64,000 nt of DNA from assembly GCA_015063895.1 (NCBI GenBank), contig SVTG01000009.1, forward strand, positions 4,739 through 68,738. The letters run 5' to 3'. Source of the stretch: Oscillospiraceae bacterium. GTDB lineage: Bacteria; Bacillota; Clostridia; Oscillospirales; CAG-272. The notes below the pieces were generated by a model. That model saw only the letters and a program-made list of their open reading frames with translations, was not told the DNA's origin and made no database searches. The position numbers and the translations under genes are program-made. Of the stretch, positions 58,606-64,000 are shown one piece after another. Every line of letters begins with the position of its first letter. The first letter of the stretch is position 1.

Positions 58606-60036
58606 ATGCGGAAATTTGATACCAGAGTACAGCATATCAAATACAAGGTCCTGCGTGAGGTCGCACGTGAAGCCTTTGCCGGCACACTCACGGAAAACCT
58701 GCTTGACCTGCCCAAGCGCATTATTCCGGGCAAAACGCCCTCCATGCGCTGCTGCGTCTATAAGGAACGTGCCGTGATCGGCGAGCGTGTCAAGCTGGCA
58801 ATGGGCGGCAACAAGCAAGATCCCCACGTGATCGAGGTCATTGACATTGCCTGTGAGGAATGCCCCGGTGGCGGCTACACGGTAACCGATTCCTGCCGCG
58901 GGTGCCTTGCACACCGCTGTGCCGACGTCTGCAAGTTCGGTGCCATCAGCTTTGATGAGCGCCATACCGCTCACATAGATAAATCCAAATGTGTCAACTG
59001 CGGTGCCTGCGCCAAGGTCTGCCCCTACTCGGCCATTGCCAACCGCAAGCGCCCCTGCCAGATCGCCTGCAAGGTCAACGCCATCAAGACCGCCGATGAC
59101 GGTGTTGCAGCCATTGACCACAGCAAATGCATTTCCTGCGGCGCGTGCGTATATCAATGCCCGTTCGGTGCCATTTCCGACAAATCCTATATTCTCGATG
59201 CCATTGACGTTCTCAAAAACAGCCAAAATAACAAGGCCTACCGTGTGTTTGCCGTAGTAGCCCCGTCGATCGCAAGCCAGTTCAAATACGCAAAGCTGGG
59301 TCAGGTGTTCAGCGGCCTTTACAAGATGGGCTTTTATGAAATCGCAGAAGCAGCACTCGGCGCCGATATCGTTGCCAAGGCAGAATCCAAGGAGCTTGCC
59401 GAAAAGGGCTTTTTGATCAGCTCCTGCTGCCCTGCCTTCGTTTCCTACGTGGAAAAATCCTTCCCCAAGCTTGTACCCAACATATCACAGCACATTTCGC
59501 CCATGGCAGCCATTTCTGCCTACATCAAGACGCAAAACCCCGGCTGCAAGGTCATTTTTATCGGTCCCTGCACTGCCAAAAAGGGTGAGATCAAAAAGGA
59601 AACGGTGCGCGACTTTGTGGACGTGGCCATCACCTTTGAGGAGCTGCAAGCACTCTTTGACAGTCTTGACATCGACATCACCGCACTGGAGGAGCAAACA
59701 CTCAACAGCGCCTCCTATTTCGGGCGCATCTTCGGGCGCTGCGGCGGTCTTTCCGATGCCGTTATGCAAGGGCTTAAAGAGCAAGGGCTTGACGATTTCC
59801 CCCTGAAGCCCGCCACCTGTGACGGCATTGAAAGTTGCCGTATGGCACTGCTGAAAAAGAGCAAAAACGCACTGGATGCCAACTTTATTGAGGGCATGGC
59901 CTGCACGGGTGGGTGCGTTGGCGGCGCCGGGTGCCTGACACACGGTGAGAAAAACAAGGTGGACGTAGAAAATTACGGCCTATTGGCACAAAAGAGCATC
60001 ACCGACGCCGTACAGGCGTTAGACGACAAATCATAA
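58606..60036 (+). CDS. Monomeric [FeFe]-hydrogenase (group B-like) with 4Fe-4S domains
   Basis: Three CxxCxxxxC/CxxCxxCxxxCP ferredoxin motifs; H-cluster motifs SSCCPA, GPCTAKKGE, EGMACTGGCVGG. Confidence 0.88.
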   Translation: MRKFDTRVQHIKYKVLREVAREAFAGTLTENLLDLPKRIIPGKTPSMRCCVYKERAVIGERVKLAMGGNKQDPHVIEVIDIACEECPGGGYTVTDSCRGCLAHRCADVCKFGAISFDERHTAHIDKSKCVNCGACAKVCPYSAIANRKRPCQIACKVNAIKTADDGVAAIDHSKCISCGACVYQCPFGAISDKSYILDAIDVLKNSQNNKAYRVFAVVAPSIASQFKYAKLGQVFSGLYKMGFYEIAEAALGADIVAKAESKELAEKGFLISSCCPAFVSYVEKSFPKLVPNISQHISPMAAISAYIKTQNPGCKVIFIGPCTAKKGEIKKETVRDFVDVAITFEELQALFDSLDIDITALEEQTLNSASYFGRIFGRCGGLSDAVMQGLKEQGLDDFPLKPATCDGIESCRMALLKKSKNALDANFIEGMACTGGCVGGAGCLTHGEKNKVDVENYGLLAQKSITDAVQALDDKS

Positions 60037-60053
60037 ACGACAAGGAGCACAAC

Positions 60054-60848
60054 ATGACAAGAAAACTTGGTATTAAATGTGACTGTCTGCCGGGCGTAAC
60101 CCCGGAGGAATCGCTGGAGCTGATCAAAAAGGCCGGCTTTGATGCATTTTTTACAGGATACAGCGGTTTAGAAGCCGCCGTGCAGCTGCGTGAAAAGGCA
60201 GACGAGCTGGGGCTCAGCTACGAATTTATCCACGCCCCCTTCGGTGGCACCAACGACCTGTGGGTGCCGGGCCTTAACTGCTTGACGCTTTACAATCAGA
60301 TCCTTGCCTCGATCGATGCTGCCGCCGCCGCAAACGTACCTATCGTCATCGTTCACGTCACCTCGGGCTGGTGGCCGCCCCACCTTTCGGATATCGGCTT
60401 TTCTCGCTTTGACGGGATCGTAGAGCACGCTATTCACAAGGGTGTCAAGATCGCCTTTGAAAATATCCGTAAGGTCGGCAATCTTGCCGCTATTATGGAC
60501 CGCTATGAGCGCTTGCCCAACGTCGGCTTCTGCTTTGACAACGGTCACGAGCATTGCTATACCGAGACTGTCAAATTCCTTGACCTGTATCCCACGCGCA
60601 CGATCTGCACGCATATCCACGACAACTACGGACGTGATCAAAGCGACATCTGGCTTGACGCGGATTATCATCTGGTGCCCTTTGACGGCAACTATGACTT
60701 TAAAGATATGATGATGCGTATGAACAAATACGGTTACCGGGGATCGCTGACCATGGAGATCAACAAAAAAGCCCCCTACCAGGATCTGTCCAACGAGGAG
60801 TGGCTGAAAATGGTCTACGACCGCTTGGTAAAGATCGCTACTATGTAA
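60054..60848 (+). CDS. Sugar phosphate isomerase/epimerase (TIM barrel)
   Basis: IHAPF, AFEN, FDNGH, HIHDN, HLVPFDG, TME. Confidence 0.85.
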   Translation: MTRKLGIKCDCLPGVTPEESLELIKKAGFDAFFTGYSGLEAAVQLREKADELGLSYEFIHAPFGGTNDLWVPGLNCLTLYNQILASIDAAAAANVPIVIVHVTSGWWPPHLSDIGFSRFDGIVEHAIHKGVKIAFENIRKVGNLAAIMDRYERLPNVGFCFDNGHEHCYTETVKFLDLYPTRTICTHIHDNYGRDQSDIWLDADYHLVPFDGNYDFKDMMMRMNKYGYRGSLTMEINKKAPYQDLSNEEWLKMVYDRLVKIATM

Positions 60849-60932
60849 AAAACACACCCCGTGTGGCAACAAACAGCCACACGGGGTGATTTTATATCGG
60901 TGCAGCGCGCATTTGCGCCCTGCGGCCAAAGC

Positions 60933-62291
60933 TTATTTTACAATATAATCCACGTCAATACCGAGAATGCTGCAAAGTGCCTCGATAGATGCGCTCTGAT
61001 CACCGTAAGTCACGATATAGTGCTGGCAAGCTACCTTGTTGGCAAACTTCTCAACGTCGCCGATCTTCACCTCCAAGGCAGACAGCTGAGGGGCGGGCTG
61101 ATCCCAACCGCACTCCTCCCACTTCGGAGGCTCCTTGCCCTCACCTACAACGACCTGCATGGTATACTTGCCGTCCTTGCAGATCAGGCGGCACATCGTA
61201 ACCACGCCGGTTTTGACCTTAGATACGTTCAAAATACCCTGGCTGAGCATACCGAATGCGGCGGGCAGTACGGTATAGGTAGGACCGTCCACCATATCGG
61301 CGGCCACAAAGTCGGGAACGCCTGCGAGAACGCTTTCCTCAAAAAATTCATAAAACTCAAGGTAACCGGCCAACTGACCCGTCAGTCGGTTCATCATCAG
61401 CTGTGTTACAGCACCCAGAGAATCGTTCTCGGGCACGGTCGTGTAGCCGTCCTCACTCAAAAGCATAAAGATCGGTGCGGGCGGGAAGCCGCAGAGCTTT
61501 TTCATACCGTCCACGTCCTTCAGAGAGATCGAACGATAACCGCGCTCCTTAGCAATGGCCGACACGGCAAGATAATAACCTGCCGCCTTCATCATGGCCT
61601 CGTCGTTGGCGGGCTTAAGGAAGTTCCACTTAAGAATACGGTTTTCCACCACCTCGCGCTTAGCGGTCTCGTCAAGTGCCTCGTATCTTTGCTGGATCTC
61701 AAGCATTTCAAAGGTTTCGATCTCAACGCCCGTAGTCTTTTTCAGCGACAGACCGTCATAAAGCGTACCGTACAGATTCATATCACGGTAACCTGCCATA
61801 CCGACCTTGTCGCAAAGCAGCTGCTTTGCGGCGATAGCGGCACGGCAATAGGTAGCCACAGCGCAGCTCTTGGTCTTTTTGCCGATCACGTCGTATACGT
61901 ATTTGAATTTATATCCTAGCTGCTCAAAGGTCGCGCGCAGACCCGTGGTGCCCGCCTGGTCTGCGGTGGTGACAAGCCTGTCACCCTCATACCAGCCGCA
62001 AAGGCCCCACAGCACCATCGGCAGATGGCGATAATGCTCGGTCACCTTGACAACAGCATGCGTAGGGATCCAGCCTGCCACGCAAATAACAAGCGCATCA
62101 AAGCGCTCCTTCTCCAATGCAGCTACGGCAGCGTTTACCTGCACCTCCTCATAATCGTCGGCCACGGGATATACCGTCACCAGATCAAGACCCTCTGCAC
62201 GCAATGCATTGGCAGCAGCCTCACATTTTCTCACGATCACGTCGACGGGCGTATTTACCTCTCCAAATCCTACAAATGCAATTTTTGCCAC
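60933..62291 (-). CDS. L-fucose/L-arabinose isomerase-like protein
   Basis: PMVLWG, ENDSLGA, GVVTMCRL, QHYIVTYGD C-terminal pattern; downstream of the FGGY kinase. Confidence 0.6.
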   Translation of the reverse strand: MAKIAFVGFGEVNTPVDVIVRKCEAAANALRAEGLDLVTVYPVADDYEEVQVNAAVAALEKERFDALVICVAGWIPTHAVVKVTEHYRHLPMVLWGLCGWYEGDRLVTTADQAGTTGLRATFEQLGYKFKYVYDVIGKKTKSCAVATYCRAAIAAKQLLCDKVGMAGYRDMNLYGTLYDGLSLKKTTGVEIETFEMLEIQQRYEALDETAKREVVENRILKWNFLKPANDEAMMKAAGYYLAVSAIAKERGYRSISLKDVDGMKKLCGFPPAPIFMLLSEDGYTTVPENDSLGAVTQLMMNRLTGQLAGYLEFYEFFEESVLAGVPDFVAADMVDGPTYTVLPAAFGMLSQGILNVSKVKTGVVTMCRLICKDGKYTMQVVVGEGKEPPKWEECGWDQPAPQLSALEVKIGDVEKFANKVACQHYIVTYGDQSASIEALCSILGIDVDYIVK

Positions 62292-62309
62292 AGCCTTTTC
62301 TCCTTATCG

Positions 62310-63707
62310 TCAGTTATTTAACAGCTTATCGCAAGCCAGATATTTTTCGTAGCAAGCGGTATAATCGGCACCGCTGCTTTGATAGATGAGATCGGTTTTG
62401 AGCAACTGCGTTGCTTCCTCCACACTGGCGAATGCGCCAACACCGACAGCTGCCAGGATCGCCGATCCAAGGCAAGCGGTTTCTTTGTTTTTCAGGGTGA
62501 TCAAACGCTTACCCGTCAGATCCGCCTTCATCTGACACCAAAGCGGGCTATTGGCACCGCCACCCATCGCGCGGATCTCCTGCACGTCAAGCCCAAGGTA
62601 ATCAAGATTGGATTTGAGCATGCAAGCTACCGACTCCATCACGGCGCGCACGAAATGGCCGCGACCGTGCTCCGTGGTAAGACCGACAAAGCAGCCTCTG
62701 GCATCGGGATTGTACTTGGGCATCGTGGAGCCGCAAAGGTAAGGCAGGAAGGTAAGACCGTCACTGCCGGGAGGCACAGCCGCCGCCAGCTCATCGAGCT
62801 CGCGGAAGGAAAACTGCTCACAAAGTGCATTTTTAAACCATTTGAGTGCCATGCCCGCCGTCGGCGTCCAGGACAGCAGACAGTATTTGTCGTCATAGTT
62901 GTAGTGACAAGGCACGATGCTGGTGGGATCGTAGGGCGGCACATCGGTAGCGGGCATAAACAGCACCATCGTGGTACCCGTCATCACGCTGACGATCCCG
63001 GGCTTCACCACGCCCGCGCCAATGGCACCCGCGATCTGGTCGATGGCACCCGTGACAACCTGCATACCGCAGTAGTCACCGATCTTCACAGCGCTTGAGT
63101 AAAGGGTAGGCAGCATATCCTTCGTCACGCCGATAAAATCAAGCATCTCCTGCCACCACGCAGCCTTGTGAATATCAAAGTAAATGGTGGAGGATTGCAG
63201 CGTCTTTTCGCTGACAAACTTACCCGTCATCTTAAACAGGATCCAGTCCTCAAGCAAAAACACGCGCTTGACCTTTGCAAAAATTTCAGGCTCGTGGCGC
63301 TTTACCCAAAGCAGCTTGCAGGCAGGCCAGGTTGCCGTGATCTCAGGCTGACCCGTCACCTCATACACACGCCGGTGGCCGAAATGCTGTGCGATCAGCT
63401 CAGCCTCCTCGGTAGCACGATTATCCAGCCAAACGATCGCAGGGCGCAGGGGCGTACCCTCCTCATCAGTCAGGATCAGCGTTTCACACTGCGTATCGAC
63501 CGACAGAGCCTTTACAGCATACTCCTTCGTAGCCGTTTCAATGGTACCCTTGACCAGCTGCCAGTATTGCTCGGCGTCAAATTCCACCACGTCACCGTGT
63601 GCATCAAGCGTGTAATCGGCCGTGAGCGATATTTTTTGCTCCAAGCTCTCGTCAAACACCGCCGTTTTAATAGAGGTGGTGCCGATATCTATACCCATAA
63701 AATTCAT
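62310..63707 (-). CDS. FGGY family carbohydrate kinase
   Basis: GIDIGTTSIK, AIVWLDNR, KLLW, GAIDQ, FLPYL, GGGANSPLWCQMKAD. Confidence 0.9.
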   Translation of the reverse strand: MNFMGIDIGTTSIKTAVFDESLEQKISLTADYTLDAHGDVVEFDAEQYWQLVKGTIETATKEYAVKALSVDTQCETLILTDEEGTPLRPAIVWLDNRATEEAELIAQHFGHRRVYEVTGQPEITATWPACKLLWVKRHEPEIFAKVKRVFLLEDWILFKMTGKFVSEKTLQSSTIYFDIHKAAWWQEMLDFIGVTKDMLPTLYSSAVKIGDYCGMQVVTGAIDQIAGAIGAGVVKPGIVSVMTGTTMVLFMPATDVPPYDPTSIVPCHYNYDDKYCLLSWTPTAGMALKWFKNALCEQFSFRELDELAAAVPPGSDGLTFLPYLCGSTMPKYNPDARGCFVGLTTEHGRGHFVRAVMESVACMLKSNLDYLGLDVQEIRAMGGGANSPLWCQMKADLTGKRLITLKNKETACLGSAILAAVGVGAFASVEEATQLLKTDLIYQSSGADYTACYEKYLACDKLLNN

Positions 63708-64000
63708 AAAAGCCTCCTTCTCCCCCGACGGTCGATACACGGGATCCTTGCTCGCAGACAGCACCGACGTATTGGGATGTTGATCGTATCATTTAAGGGC
63801 GTCTTGCCATTATTTTAAATGATTGAAAATTGTTTGTCAATATATTTGCTCCCGAAAAATTTTCTATATGTAAAATCTAACCTTATCTTATATATAATTT
63901 TAAATATAGCCCCATTTTCCGTTATTTTTTCTTTTTCACAGCCTCGCAAAGGTCGTACAGCGGACACGCGTCGCAGCGCGGCGCGCGCGCACTGCAAACG

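Overview
64 kb of chromosomal DNA from a spore-forming Clostridia-like Firmicute. This is inferred from cotJABC, a SipL-like protein, spoVM, abrB, remA, a T-box and an [FeFe]-hydrogenase. Most of the window is housekeeping: the remA-gmk-rpoZ-priA-def-fmt-rsmB-rlmN-rsgA-thiN cluster, rnj, efp, proA, ddl, prmC, asnB, perR-rubrerythrin, P-type ATPase, ClC and sugar catabolism genes. No transposase, integrase, phage gene or CRISPR array was recognised. The unusual signals are: (1) a ~282-bp highly folded non-coding element in two ~98% identical inverted copies, with tRNA-3'-like terminal inverted repeats and a matching empty GTAC site nearby; (2) a tRNA-Leu(TAG) gene flanked on both sides by inverted copies of its own ends and by tandem duplications; (3) hairpin-rich inserts that appear to split bidirectional terminators, including a nested TCGATAT/ATATCGA array; (4) two neighbouring XRE-HTH-enzyme fusions (GlmM and L-serine dehydratase); (5) a probable Tyr T-box controlling an SSS symporter; and (6) a small membrane ORF where stp-prkC normally lies. 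All calls come from reading the sequence by eye; no database searches were run.
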